Shown in pieces: positions 12,857 to 25,791 of a DNA stretch of 64,000 nucleotides (its first letter is position 1; every line of letters begins with the position of its first letter). The notes beneath the pieces were generated by a model that worked only from the letters and a program-made list of their open reading frames with translations, made no database searches and was not told where the DNA came from. The translations under genes were made by a program, and so were the position numbers. The stretch comes from Auanema rhodensis (lineage: Eukaryota; Animalia; Nematoda): the NCBI GenBank assembly GCA_964057225.1, contig OZ059896.1, forward strand, positions 13,950,001 to 14,014,000. Direction: 5' to 3'.

Positions 12857-14748
12857 ACTTTTTCATTTTGATCAACTAGTCAATTTGTTTCTTCTTAAAC
12901 TATCTACTTGAAGAACATAGTCAAGGCGGAGTCTTTTGATCTAAGTCGTCGGTTCCGTGGTGTAGCGGTTAGCACTCAGGACTTTGAATCCTGCGACCCG
13001 AGTTCAAATCTCGGCGGAACCTACTTTTTCATTTTGATCAACTAGTCAATTTGTTTCTTCTTAAACTATCTACTTGAAGAACATAGTCAAGGCGGAGTCT
13101 TTTGATCTAAGTCGTCGGTTCCGTGGTGTAGCGGTTAGCACTCAGGACTTTGAATCCTGCGACCCGAGTTCAAATCTCGGCGGAACCTACTTTTTCATTT
13201 TGATCAACTAGTCAATTTGTTTCTTCTTAAACTATCTACTTGAAGAACATAGTCAAGGCGGAGTCTTTTGATCTAAGTCGTCGGTTCCGTGGTGTAGCGG
13301 TTAGCACTCAGGACTTTGAATCCTGCGACCCGAGTTCAAATCTCGGCGGAACCTACTTTTTCATTTTGATCAACTGGTCAATTTGTTTCTTCTTGAACTA
13401 TTTTCTTGAAGAACATAGTCAAGGCGGAGTCTTTTGATCTAAGTCATCGGTTTCGTGGTGTGGCGGTTAGCACTCACGACTCTGAATCCTGCGACCCGAG
13501 TTCAAATCTCGGCGGAACCTACTTTTTCATTTTGATCAACTAGTCAATTTGTTTCTTCTTAAACTATCTACTTGAAGAACATAGTCAAGGCGGAGTCTTT
13601 TGATCTAAGTCGTCGGTTCCGTGGTGTAGCGGTTAGCACTCAGGACTTTGAATCCTGCGACCCGAGTTCAAATCTCGGCGGAACCTACTTTTTCATTTTG
13701 ATCAACTAGTCAATTTGTTTCTTCTTAAACTATCTACTTGAAGAACATAGTCAAGGCGGAGTCTTTTGATCTAAGTCGTCGGTTCCGTGGTGTAGCGGTT
13801 AGCACTCAGGACTTTGAATCCTGCGACCCGAGTTCAAATCTCTGCGGAACCTACTTTTTCATTTTGATCAACTGGTCAATTTGTTTCTTCTTGAACTATT
13901 TTCTTGAAGAACATAGTCAAGGCGGAGTCTTTTGATCTAAGTCGTCGGTTCCGTGGTGTAGCGGTTAGCACTCAGGACTCTGAATCCTGCGACCCGAGTT
14001 CAAATCTCGGCGGAACCTACTTTTTCATTTTGATCAACTAGTCAATTTGTTTCTTCTTAAACTATCTACTTGAAGAACATAGTCAAGGCGGAGTCTTTTG
14101 ATCTAAGTCGTCGGTTCCGTGGTGTAGCGGTTAGCACTCAGGACTTTGAATCCTGCGACCCGAGTTCAAATCTCGGCGGAACCTACTTTTTCATTTTGAT
14201 CAACTAGTCAATTTGTTTCTTCTTAAACTATCTACTTGAAGAACATAGTCAAGGCGGAGTCTTTTGATCTAAATCGTCGGTTCCGTGGTGTAGCGGTTAG
14301 CACTCAGGACTCTGAATCCTGCGACCCGAGTTCAAATCTCGGCGGAACCTACTTTTTCATTTTGATCAACTGGTCAATTTGTTTCTTCTTGAACTATTTT
14401 CTTGAAGAACATAGTCAAGGCGGAGTCTTTTGATCTAAATCGTCGGTTCCGTGGTGTAGCGGTTAGCACTCAGGACTCTGAATCCTGCGACCCGAGTTCA
14501 AATCTCGGCGGAACCTACTTTTTCATTTTTATCAGTTGGTCAATTTGTTTCTTCTTGAACTATTTTCTTGAAGAACATAGTCAAGGTCGGTTCCGTGGTC
14601 TATCGTCGGTTCCGTGGTGTAGCGGTTAGCACTCAGGACTTTGAATCCTGCGACCCGAGTTCAAATCTCGGCGGAACCTACTTTTTCATTTTTATCAGTT
14701 GGTCAATTTGTTTCTTCTTGAACTTTCTTCTTGAAGAACATAAACAAG

Positions 14749-14897
14749 CGTTCCGTTATGCTCGCACGTCGATCCTATAGACCAATAAAGCCTACAAGAT
14801 GAGTGTGATAGTATTCCAGATGTAGCGGTGCATAAAGAGCATAATGGATAAACATAAGACTCGAGAAAGAAAGGTTTATTATGTCTACATGATTACA
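14749..14897 (-). mobile_element. Truncated solo LTR (149 bp) fused to the last 18 nt of a tRNA; repeated at 42451, 45663, 47390, 53291, 56011
   Basis: Identical junction GATTACA|CAAATCTCGGCGGAACCT in all six copies, consistent with one 271-bp deletion. Confidence 0.88.
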
Positions 14898-17800
14898 CAA
14901 ATCTCGGCGGAACCTACTTTTTCATTTTTATCAGTTGGTCAATTTGTTTCTTCTTGAACTATTTTCTTGAAGAACATAGTCAAGGCGGAGTCTTTTGATC
15001 TAAATCGTCGGTTCCGTGGTGTAGCGGTTAGCACTCAGGACTCTGAATCCTACGACCCGAGTTCAAATCTCGGCGGAACCTACTTTTTCATTTTGATCAA
15101 CTAGTCAATTTGTTTCTTCTTAAACTATCTACTTGGAGAACATAGTCAAGGCGGAGTCTTTTGATCTAAATCGTCGGTTCCGTGGTGTAGCGGTTAGCAC
15201 TCAGGACTCTGAATCCTGCGACCCGAGTTCAAATCTCGGCGGAACCTACTTTTTCATTTTGATCAACTGGTCAATTTGTTTGTTCTTGAACTATTTTCTT
15301 GAAGAACATAGTCAAGGCGGAGTCTTTTGATCTAAATCGTCGGTTCCGTGGTGTAGCGGTTAGCACTCAGGACTTTGAATCCTGCGACCCGAGTTCAAAT
15401 CTCGGCGGAACCTACTTTTTCATTTTGATCAACTGGTCAATTTGTTTCTTCTTGAACTATTTTCTTGAAGAACATAGTCAAGGCGGAGTCTTTTGATCTA
15501 AATCGTCGGTTCCGTGGTGTAGCGGTTAGCACTCAGGACTTTGAATCCTGCGACCCGAGTTCAAATCTCGGCGGAACCTACTTTTTCATTTTGATCAACT
15601 GGTCAATTTGTTTCTTCTTGAACTATTTTCTTGAAGAACATAGTCAAGGCGGAGTCTTTTGATCTAAATCGTCGGTTCCGCGGTGTAGCGGTTAGCACTC
15701 AGGACTTTGAATCCTGCGACCCGAGTTCAAATCTCGGCGGAACCTACTTTTTCATTTTGATCAACTGGTCAATTTGTTTCTTCTTGAACTATTTTCTTGA
15801 AGAACATAGTCAAGGCGGAGTCTTTTGATCTAAATCGTCGGTTCCGTGGTGTAGCGGTTAGCACTCCGGACTTTGAATCCTGCGACCCGAGTTCAAATCT
15901 CGGCGGAACCTACTTTTTCATTTTGATCAACTGGTCAATTTGTTTCTTCTTGAACTATTTTCTTGAAGAACATAGTCAAGGCGGAGTCTTTTGATCTAAA
16001 TCGTCGGTTCCGTGGTGTAGCGGTTAGCACTCCGGACTTTGAATCCTGCGACCCGAGTTCAAATCTCGGCGGAACCTACTTTTTCAGTTTGATCAACTGG
16101 TCAATTTGTTTCTTCTTGAACTATTTTCTTGAAGAACATAGTCAAGGCGGAGTCTTTTGATCTAAATCGTCGGTTCCGTGGTGTAGCGGTTAGCACTCAG
16201 GACTTTGAATCCTGCGACCCGAGTTCAAATCTCGGCGGAACCTACTTTTTCATTTTGATCAACTAGTCAATTTGTTTCTTCTTGAACTATTTTCTTGAAG
16301 AACATAGTCAAGGCGGAGTCTTTTGATCTAAATCGTCGGTTCCGTGGTGTAGCGGTTAGCACTCAGGACTCTGAATCCTGCGACCCGAGTTCAAATCTCG
16401 GCGGAACCTACTTTTTCATTTTGATCAGTTGGTGAATTTGTTTCTTCTTGAACTATTTTCTTGAAGAACATAGTCAAGGCGGAGTCTTTTGATCTAAATC
16501 GTCGGTTCCGTGGTGTAGCGGTTAGCACTCAGGATTTTGAATCCTGCGACCCGAGTTCAAATCTCGGCGGAACCTACTTTTTCATTTTGATCAACTAGTC
16601 AATTTGTTTCTTCTTAAACTATCTACTTGAAGAACATAGTCAAGGCGGAGTCTTTTGATCTAAATCGTCGGTTCCGTGGTGTAGCGGTTAGCACTCAGGA
16701 CTCTGAATCCTGCGACCCGAGTTCAAATCTCGGCGGAACCTACTTTTTCATTTTGATCAACTAGTCAATTTGTTTCTTCTTGAACTATTTTCTTGAAGAA
16801 CATAGTCAAGGCGGAGTCTTTTGATCTAAATCGTCGGTTCCGTGGTGTAGCGGTTAGCACTCAGGACTCTGAATCCTGCGACCCGAGTTCAAATCTCGGC
16901 GGAACCTACTTTTTCATTTTGATCAGTTGGTGAATTTGTTTCTTCTTGAACTATTTTCTTGAAGAACATAGTCAAGGCGGAGTCTTTTGATCTAAATCGT
17001 CGGTTCCGTGGTGTAGCGGTTAGCACTCAGGACTTTGAATCCTGCGACCCGAGTTCAAATCTCGGCGGAACCTACTTTTTCATTTTGATCAACTAGTCAA
17101 TTTGTTTCTTCTTAAACTATCTACTTGAAGAACATAGTCAAGGCGGAGTCTTTTGATCTAAATCGTCGGTTCCGTGGTGTAGCGGTTAGCACTCAGGACT
17201 CTGAATCCTGCGACCCTAGTTCAAATCTCGGCGGAACCTACTTTTTCATTTTGATCAACTGGTCAATTTGTTTCTTCTTAAACTATCTACTTGAAGAACA
17301 TAGTCAAGGCGGAGTCTTTTGATCTAAGTCGTCGGTTCCATGGTGTAGCGGTTAGCACTCAGGACTTTGAATCCTGCGACCCGAGTTCAAATCTCGGCGG
17401 AACCTACTTTTTCATTTTGATCAACTAGTCAATTTGTTTCTTCTTAAACTATCTACTTGAAGAACATAGTCAAGGCGGAGTCTTTTGATCTAAGTCGTCG
17501 GTTCCGTGGTGTAGCGGTTAGCACTCAGGACTTTGAATCCTGCGACCCGAGTTCAAATCTCGGCGGAACCTACTTTTTCATTTTGATCAACTAGTCAATT
17601 TGTTTCTTCTTAAACTATCTACTTGAAGAACATAGTCAAGGCGGAGTCTTTTGATCTAAATCGTCGGTTCCGTGGTGTAGCGGTTAGCACTCAGGACTCT
17701 GAATCCTGCGACCCGAGTTCAAATCTCGGCGGAACCTACTTTTTCATTTTGATCAACTAGTCAATTTGTTTCTTCTTAAACTATCTACTTGAAGAACATA

Positions 17801-20800
17801 GTCAAGGCGGAGTCTTTTGATCTAAGTCGTCGGTTCCGTGGTGTAGCGGTTAGCACTCAGGACTCTGAATCCTGCGACCCGAGTTCAAATCTCGGCGGAA
17901 CCTACTTTTTCATTTTGATCAACTAGTCAATTTGTTTCTTCTTAAACTATCTACTTGAAGAACATAGTCAAGGCGGAGTCTTTTGATCTAAGTCGTCGGT
18001 TCCGTGGTGTAGCGGTTAGCACTCAGGACTTTGAATCCTGCGACCCGAGTTCAAATCTCGGCGGAACCTACTTTTTCATTTTGATCAACTAGTCAATTTG
18101 TTTCTTCTTAAACTATCTACTTGAAGAACATAGTCAAGGCGGAGTCTTTTGATCTAAATCGTCGGTTCCGTGGTGTAGCGGTTAGCACTCAGGACTTTGA
18201 ATCCTGCGACCCGAGTTCAAATCTGGGCGGAACCTACTTTTTCATTTTGATCAACTGGTCAATTTGTTTCTTCTTGAACTATTTTCTTGAAGAACATAGT
18301 CAAGGCGGAGTCTTTTGATCTAAATCGTCGGTTCCGTGGTGTAGCGGTTAGCACTCAGGACTTTGAATCCTGCGACCCGAGTTCAAATCTCGGCGGAACC
18401 TATTTTTTCATTTTGATCAACTAGTCAATTTGTTTCTTCTTAAACTATCTACTTGAAGAACATAGTCAAGGCGGAGTCTTTTGATCTAAGTCGTCGGTTC
18501 CGTGGTGTAGCGGTTAGCACTCAGGACTTTGAATCCTGCGACCCGAGTTCAAATCTCGGCGGAACCTACTTTTTCATTTTGATCAACTAGTCAATTTGTT
18601 TCTTCTTAAACTATCTACTTGAAGAACATAGTCAAGGCGGAGTCTTTTGATCTAAGTCGTCGGTTCCGTGGTGTAGCGGTTAGCACTCAGGACTTTGAAT
18701 CCTGCGACCCGAGTTCAAATCTCGGCGGAACCTACTTTTTCATTTTGATCAACTAGTCAATTTGTTTCTTCTTAAACTATCTACTTGAAGAACATAGTCA
18801 AGGCGGAGTCTTTTGATCTAAATCGTCGGTTCCGTGGTGTAGCGGTTAGCACTCAGGACTTTGAATCCTGCGACCCGAGTTCAAATCTCGGCGGAACCTA
18901 CTTTTTCATTTTGATCAGTTGGTGAATTTGTTTCTTCTTGAACTATTTTCTTGAAGAACATAGTCAAGGCGGAGTCTTTTGATCTAAATCGTCGGTTCCG
19001 TGGTGTAGCGGTTAGCACTCAGGACTTTGAATCCTGCGACCCGAGTTCAAATCTCGGCGGAACCTACTTTTTCATTTTGATCAACTGGTCAATTTGTTTC
19101 TTCTTGAACTATTTTCTTGAAGAACATAGTCAAGGCGGAGTCTTTTGATCTAAATCGTCGGTTCCGTGGTGTAGCGGTTAGCACTCAGGACTTTGAATCC
19201 TGCGACCCGAGTTCAAATCTCGGCGGAACCTACTTTTTCATTTTGATCAACTGGTCAATTTGTTTCTTCTTGAACTATTTTCTTGAAGAACATAGTCAAG
19301 GCGGAGTCTTTTGATCTAAATCGTCGGTTCCGCGGTGTAGCGGTTAGCACTCAGGACTTTGAATCCTGCGACCCGAGTTCAAATCTCGGCGGAACCTACT
19401 TTTTCATTTTGATCAACTGGTCAATTTGTTTCTTCTTGAACTATTTTCTTGAAGAACATAGTCAAGGCGGAGTCTTTTGATCTAAATCGTCGGTTCCGTG
19501 GTGTAGCGGTTAGCACTCAGGACTTTGAATCCTGCGACCCGAGTTCAAATCTCGGCGGAACCTACTTTTTCATTTTGATCAACTGGTCAATTTGTTTCTT
19601 CTTGAACTATTTTCTTGAAGAACATAGTCAAGGCGGAGTCTTTTGATCTAAATCGTCGGTTCCGTGGTGTAGCGGTTAGCACTCAGGACTTTGAATCCTG
19701 CGACCCGAGTTCAAATCTCGGCGGAACCTACTTTTTCATTTTGATCAACTAGTCAATTTGTTTCTTCTTGAACTATTTTCTTGAAGAACATAGTCAAGGC
19801 GGAGTCTTTTGATCTAAATCGTCGGTTCCGTGGTGTAGCGGTTAGCACTCAGGACTCTGAATCCTGCGACCCGAGTTCAAATCTCGGCGGAACCTACTTT
19901 TTCATTTTGATCAGTTGGTGAATTTGTTTCTTCTTGAACTATTTTCTTGAAGAACATAGTCAAGGCGGAGTCTTTTGATCTAAATCGTCGGTTCCGTGGT
20001 GTAGCGGTTAGCACTCAGGACTTTGAATCCTGCGACCCGAGTTCAAATCTCGGCGGAACCTACTTTTTCATTTTGATCAACTAGTCAATTTGTTTCTTCT
20101 TAAACTATCTACTTGAAGAACATAGTCAAGGCGGAGTCTTTTGATCTAAATCGTAGGTTCCGTGGTGTAGCGGTTAGCACTCAGGACTCTGAATCCTGCG
20201 ACCCGAGTTCAAATCTCGGCGGAACCTACTTTTTCATTTAGATCAACTAGTCAATTTGTTTCTTCTTGAACTATTTTCTTGAAGAACATAGTCAAGGCGG
20301 AGTCTTTTGATCTAAATCGTCGGTTCCGTGGTGTAGCGGTTAGCACTCAGGACTCTGAATCCTGCGACCCCAGTTCAAATCTCGGCGGCACCTACTTTTT
20401 CATTTTGATCAGTTGGTGAATTTGTTTCTTCTTGAACTATTTTCTTGCAGAACATAGTCAAGGCGGAGTCTTTTGATCTAAATCGTCGGTTCCGTGGTGT
20501 AGCGGTTAGCACTCAGGACTTTGAATCCTGCGACCCGAGTTCAAATCTCGGCGGAACCTACTTTTTCATTTTGATCAACTAGTCAATTTGTTTCTTCTTA
20601 AACTATCTACTTGAAGAACATAGTCAAGGCGGAGTCTTTTGATCTAAATCGTCGGTTCCGTGGTGTAGCGGTTAGCACTCAGGACTCTGAATCCTGCGAC
20701 CCGAGTTCAAATCTCGGCGGAACCTACTTTTTCATTTTGATCAACTGGTCAATTTGTTTCTTCTTGAACTATTTTCTTGAAGAACATAGTCAAGGCGGAG

Positions 20801-23800
20801 TCTTTTGATCTAAATCGTCGGTTCCGTGGTGTAGCGGTTAGCACTCAGGACTTTGAATCCTGCGACCCGAGTTCAAATCTCGGCGGAACCTACTTTTTCA
20901 TTTTGATCAACTGGTCAATTTTTTTCTTCTTGAACTATTTTCTTGAAGAACATAGTCAAGGCGGAGTCTTTTGATCTAAATCGTCGGTTCCGTGGTGTAG
21001 CGGTTAGCACTCAGGACTTTGAATCCTGCGACCCGAGTTCAAATCTCGGCGGAACCTACTTTTTCATTTTGATCAACTGGTCAATTTGTTTCTTCTTGAA
21101 CTATTTTCTTGAAGAACATAGTCAAGGCGGAGTCTTTTGATCTAAATCATCGGTTCCGTGGTGTAGCGGTTAGCACTCAGGACTCTGAATCCTGCGACCC
21201 GAGTTCAAATCTCGGCGGAACCTACTTTTTCATTTTGATCAACTGGTCAATTTGTTTCTTCTTGAACTATTTTCTTGAAGAACATAGTCAAGGCGGAGTC
21301 TTTTGATCTAAATCGTCGGTTCCGTGGTGTAGCGGTTAGCACTCAGGACTCTGAATCCTGCGACCCGAGTTCAAATCTCGGCGGAACCTACTTTTTCATT
21401 TTGATCAACTGGTCAATTTGTTTCTTCTTGAACTATTTTCTTGAAGAACATAGTCAAGGCGGAGTCTTTTGATCTAAATCATCGGTTCCGTGGTGTAGCG
21501 GTTAGCACTCAGGACTCTGAATCCTGCGACCCGAGTTCAAATCTCGGCGGAACCTACTTTTTCATTTTGATCAACTGGTCAATTTGTTTCTTCTTGAACT
21601 ATTTTCTTGAAGAACATAGTCAAGGCGGAGTCTTTTGATCTAAATCGTCGGTTCCGTGGTGTAGCGGTTAGCACTCAGGACTCTGAATCCTGCGACCCGA
21701 GTTCAAATCTCGGCGGAACCTACTTTTTCATTTTGATCAACTGGTCAATTTGTTTCTTCTTGAACTATTTTCTTGAAGAACATAGTCAAGGCGGAGTCTT
21801 TTGATCTAAATCATCGGTTCCGTGGTGTAGCGGTTAGCACTCAGGACTCTGAATCCTGCGACCCGAGTTCAAATCTCGGCGGAACCTACTTTTTCATTTT
21901 GATCAACTGGTCAATTTGTTTCTTCTTGAACTATTTTCTTGAAGAACATAGTCAAGGCGGAGTCTTTTGATCTAAATCGTCGGTTCCGTGGTGTAGCGGT
22001 TAGCACTCAGGACTTTGAATCCTGCGACCCGAGTTCAAATCTCGGCGGAACCTACTTTTTCATTTTGATCAACTGGTCAATTTGTTTCTTCTTGAACTAT
22101 TTTCTTGAAGAACATAGTCAAGGCGGAGTCTTTTGATCTAAATCATCGGTTCCGTGGTGTAGCGGTTAGCACTCAGGACTTTGAATCCTGCGACCCGAGT
22201 TCAAATCTCGGCGGAACCTACTTTTTCATTTTGATCAACTAGTCAATTTGTTTCTTCTTGAACTATTTTCTTGAAGAACATAGTCAAGGCGGAGTCTTTT
22301 GATCTAAATCGTCGGTTCCGTGGTGTAGCGGTTAGCACTCAGGACTCTGAATCCTGCGACCCGAGTTCAAATCTCGGCGGAACCTACTTTTTCATTTTGA
22401 TCAGTTGGTGAATTTGTTTCTTCTTGAACTATTTTCTTGAAGAACATAGTCAAGGCGGAGTCTTTTGATCTAAATCGTCGGTTCCGTGGTGTAGCGGTTA
22501 GCACTCAGGACTTTGAATCCTGCGACCCGAGTTCAAATCTCGGCGGAACCTACTTTTTCATTTTGATCAACTAGTCAATTTGTTTCTTCTTAAACTATCT
22601 ACTTGAAGAACATAGTCAAGGCGGAGTCTTTTGATCTAAATCGTCGGTTCCGTGGTGTAGCGGTTAGCACTCAGGACTCTGAATCCTGCGACCCGAGTTC
22701 AAATCTCGGCGGAACCTACTTTTTCATTTTGATCAACTAGTCAATTTGTTTCTTCTTGAACTATTTTCTTGAAGAACATAGTCAAGGCGGAGTCTTTTGA
22801 TCTAAATCGTCGGTTCCGTGGTGTAGCGGTTAGCACTCAGGACTCTGAATCCTGCGACCCCAGTTCAAATCTCGGCGGCACCTACTTTTTCATTTTGATC
22901 AGTTGGTGAATTTGTTTCTTCTTGAACTATTTTCTTGCAGAACATAGTCAAGGCGGAGTCTTTTGATCTAAATCGTCGGTTCCGTGGTGTAGCGGTTAGC
23001 ACTCAGGACTTTGAATCCTGCGACCCGAGTTCAAATCTCGGCGGAACCTACTTTTTCATTTTGATCAACTAGTCAATTTGTTTCTTCTTAAACTATCTAC
23101 TTGAAGAACATAGTCAAGGCGGAGTCTTTTGATCTAAATCGTCGGTTCCGTGGTGTAGCGGTTAGCACTCAGGACTCTGAATCCTGCGACCCGAGTTCAA
23201 ATCTCGGCGGAACCTACTTTTTCATTTTGATCAACTGGTCAATTTGTTTCTTCTTGAACTATTTTCTTGAAGAACATAGTCAAGGCGGAGTCTTTTGATC
23301 TAAATCGTCGGTTCCGTGGTGTAGCGGTTAGCACTCAGGACTTTGAATCCTGCGACCCGAGTTCAAATCTCGGCGGAACCTACTTTTTCATTTTGATCAA
23401 CTGGTCAATTTTTTTCTTCTTGAACTATTTTCTTGAAGAACATAGTCAAGGCGGAGTCTTTTGATCTAAATCGTCGGTTCCGTGGTGTAGCGGTTAGCAC
23501 TCAGGACTTTGAATCCTGCGACCCGAGTTCAAATCTCGGCGGAACCTACTTTTTCATTTTGATCAACTGGTCAATTTGTTTCTTCTTGAACTATTTTCTT
23601 GAAGAACATAGTCAAGGCGGAGTCTTTTGATCTAAATCATCGGTTCCGTGGTGTAGCGGTTAGCACTCAGGACTCTGAATCCTGCGACCCGAGTTCAAAT
23701 CTCGGCGGAACCTACTTTTTCATTTTGATCAACTGGTCAATTTGTTTCTTCTTGAACTATTTTCTTGAAGAACATAGTCAAGGCGGAGTCTTTTGATCTA

Positions 23801-24441
23801 AATCGTCGGTTCCGTGGTGTAGCGGTTAGCACTCAGGACTCTGAATCCTGCGACCCGAGTTCAAATCTCGGCGGAACCTACTTTTTCATTTTGATCAACT
23901 GGTCAATTTGTTTCTTCTTGAACTATTTTCTTGAAGAACATAGTCAAGGCGGAGTCTTTTGATCTAAATCATCGGTTCCGTGGTGTAGCGGTTAGCACTC
24001 AGGACTCTGAATCCTGCGACCCGGGTTCAAATCTCGGCGGAACCTACTTTTTCATTTTGATCAACTGGTCAATTTGTTTCTTCTTGAACTATTTTCTTGA
24101 AGAACATAGTCAAGGCGGAGTCTTTTGATCTAAATCGTCGGTTCCGTGGTGTAGCGGTTAGCACTCAGGACTTTGAATCCTGCGACCCGAGTTCAAATCT
24201 CGGCGGAACCTACTTTTTCATTTTGATCAACTGGTCAATTTGTTTCTTCTTGAACTATTTTCTTGAAGAACATAGTCAAGGCGGAGTCTTTTGATCTAAA
24301 TCATCGGTTCCGTGGTGTAGCGGTTAGCACTCAGGACTTTGAATCCTGCGACCCGAGTTCAAATCTCGGCGGAACCTACTTTTTCATTTTGATCAACTAG
24401 TCAATTTGTTTCTTCTTAAACTATCTACTTGGAGAACATAG

Positions 24442-24807
24442 CGTTCCATTCGGAGACTCTATATATGTAACTGCAGGGTTAGAGCCAGACCGACTAGAGG
24501 AATGAGGAATGGCACCGCCTTCCCTCATGCCCCTATTCGGGAGTTCGCCCCTTTGCAAGCCCATGGACGGTTTGCATCTAACTTAGTTAATCTTATATAT
24601 TAGTCTTTGTCTTGTAAATGTAGTTTACTTTATCCTTGTGTTAATGTATTGTAATGATATTGTATTGTGTATAATAAACCTATATATTTCCTTATCTTAT
24701 GTAATCCTTATGCTCTGTTTCCATACCGCTACACTTATGGAATACTATACGCGTAGTTGAGCAGACTACAATGGTCTGTTCAATATACGTAGGAGCATAA
24801 TGGAACG
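24442..24807 (+). repeat. 5' LTR of element 1
   Basis: Direct repeat of 33456..33821 with no difference seen by eye; 9-bp terminal inverted repeat CGTTCCATT/AATGGAACG; AATAAA at 24673..24678. Confidence 0.97.
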
Positions 24808-24820
24808 TGGAGGTTCCACC
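24808..24820 (+). promoter_or_regulatory. Primer-binding site complementary to the tRNA-Gln 3' end
   Basis: TGGAGGTTCCACC abuts the LTR. The reverse complement of the array tRNA plus CCA is TGGAGGTTCCGCC (first 10 nt perfect, 12/13 overall). Confidence 0.92.
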
Positions 24821-25791
24821 TCGAACTCATTTTTGTCGCAAAAACTCGCATAAAAAGTCCATATTTTGATATCTAAATTAAAACTTCCTCCACGGTTAGC
24901 AACATAATGAGGGCGCCAACTTGTATAAGGTGCAGGTACAAGGGATCTCTCTTTTAGAGAGCTAGGACTACATAATTTTGAAATTTCACCCGCTGTCCCC
25001 ACTCATAAAACCGTCTGAGTGTCCACCCTTATAATACCGTATCCTGCACCGCTTCTCTTGCATTTTTTTTTGAGGACGTTTGGATCGAAATAGGGGACAA
25101 TTTCACCAAACGAAATTTTGATTACATTATTATTTGGCAACGAGGAGTTAGAATGAAATTTTGAAAGCGCACAAAGTTTAATATTTTATTGTGGTCAGGA
25201 CTAGAGATTTGAAAGTTAAATTCAGGCGTAAAAGAGCATGCTAACTAAATATTTTTGCGGGAGCCGTTATTCGGTTTTTATTTTTTTTTTGATTGTGAGA
25301 ATAGACCACACTAGTCCGAAAAATCCTGGCACAAATTTTATTGCCTGTCAGGTCATTTTGGCGAAAGCACATGGGCTACGGATGTTTTCTTCTCCGTAGA
25401 ATGTGTCACCTTCCTCAGCTCATTTTTTGTTGCTAACATCATAAGATATTCCCACACACCTACCGTAGTATTCATATTGTAATATTCTATAAATTAGTAG
25501 AATGGTTTAAAGAAAAAAATTGCGTTTTATAAACGAGCTTTGGTCTCAGTCCATTAGTAAAATGAGCAATCTTTTTAAATATTCTCGGAATCTCATTAGC
25601 ATGCCAAAATCATTCCGAAAAAGAATCGCCCACGGCTTTTAATAATAACGTGCACATGAGCCATTTTCCCAAGGCGCACGCACTCCTTCTTTATTAATAA
25701 GCTCGACCAAAGTTTGTGTTATGGAAAAAAAAAAAAAAGAGAGAGAGAACAAATGAGTGAAATTAAGTATTTATTATATATGAAACAATTG

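Larger units (their letters stand above)
323..24377 (+). tRNA. Tandem array of ~115 tRNA-Gln genes (166-bp unit; TTG-only up to ~12.0 kb, then mixed TTG/CTG)
   Basis: The repeated 72-mer GGTTCCGTGGTGTAGCGGTTAGCACTCAGGACT(T/C)TGAATCCTGCGACCCGAGTTCAAATCTCGGCGGAACCT folds as a cloverleaf: acceptor GGTTCCG/CGGAACC, D stem GTGT/GCAC, anticodon stem CAGGA/TCCTG, T stem CCGAG/CTCGG. It has A and B boxes and no encoded CCA. Copy number from spacing: (24306-323 minus insertions)/166 = 114 intervals. Confidence 0.97.

Noticed and set aside
24766-25002. 78-aa minus ORF overlapping PBS/LTR; also 33387..33578 and 57062..57334
   Set aside because: They have non-ATG or weak starts, overlap cis-elements, show no recognisable motifs and are not conserved between elements.
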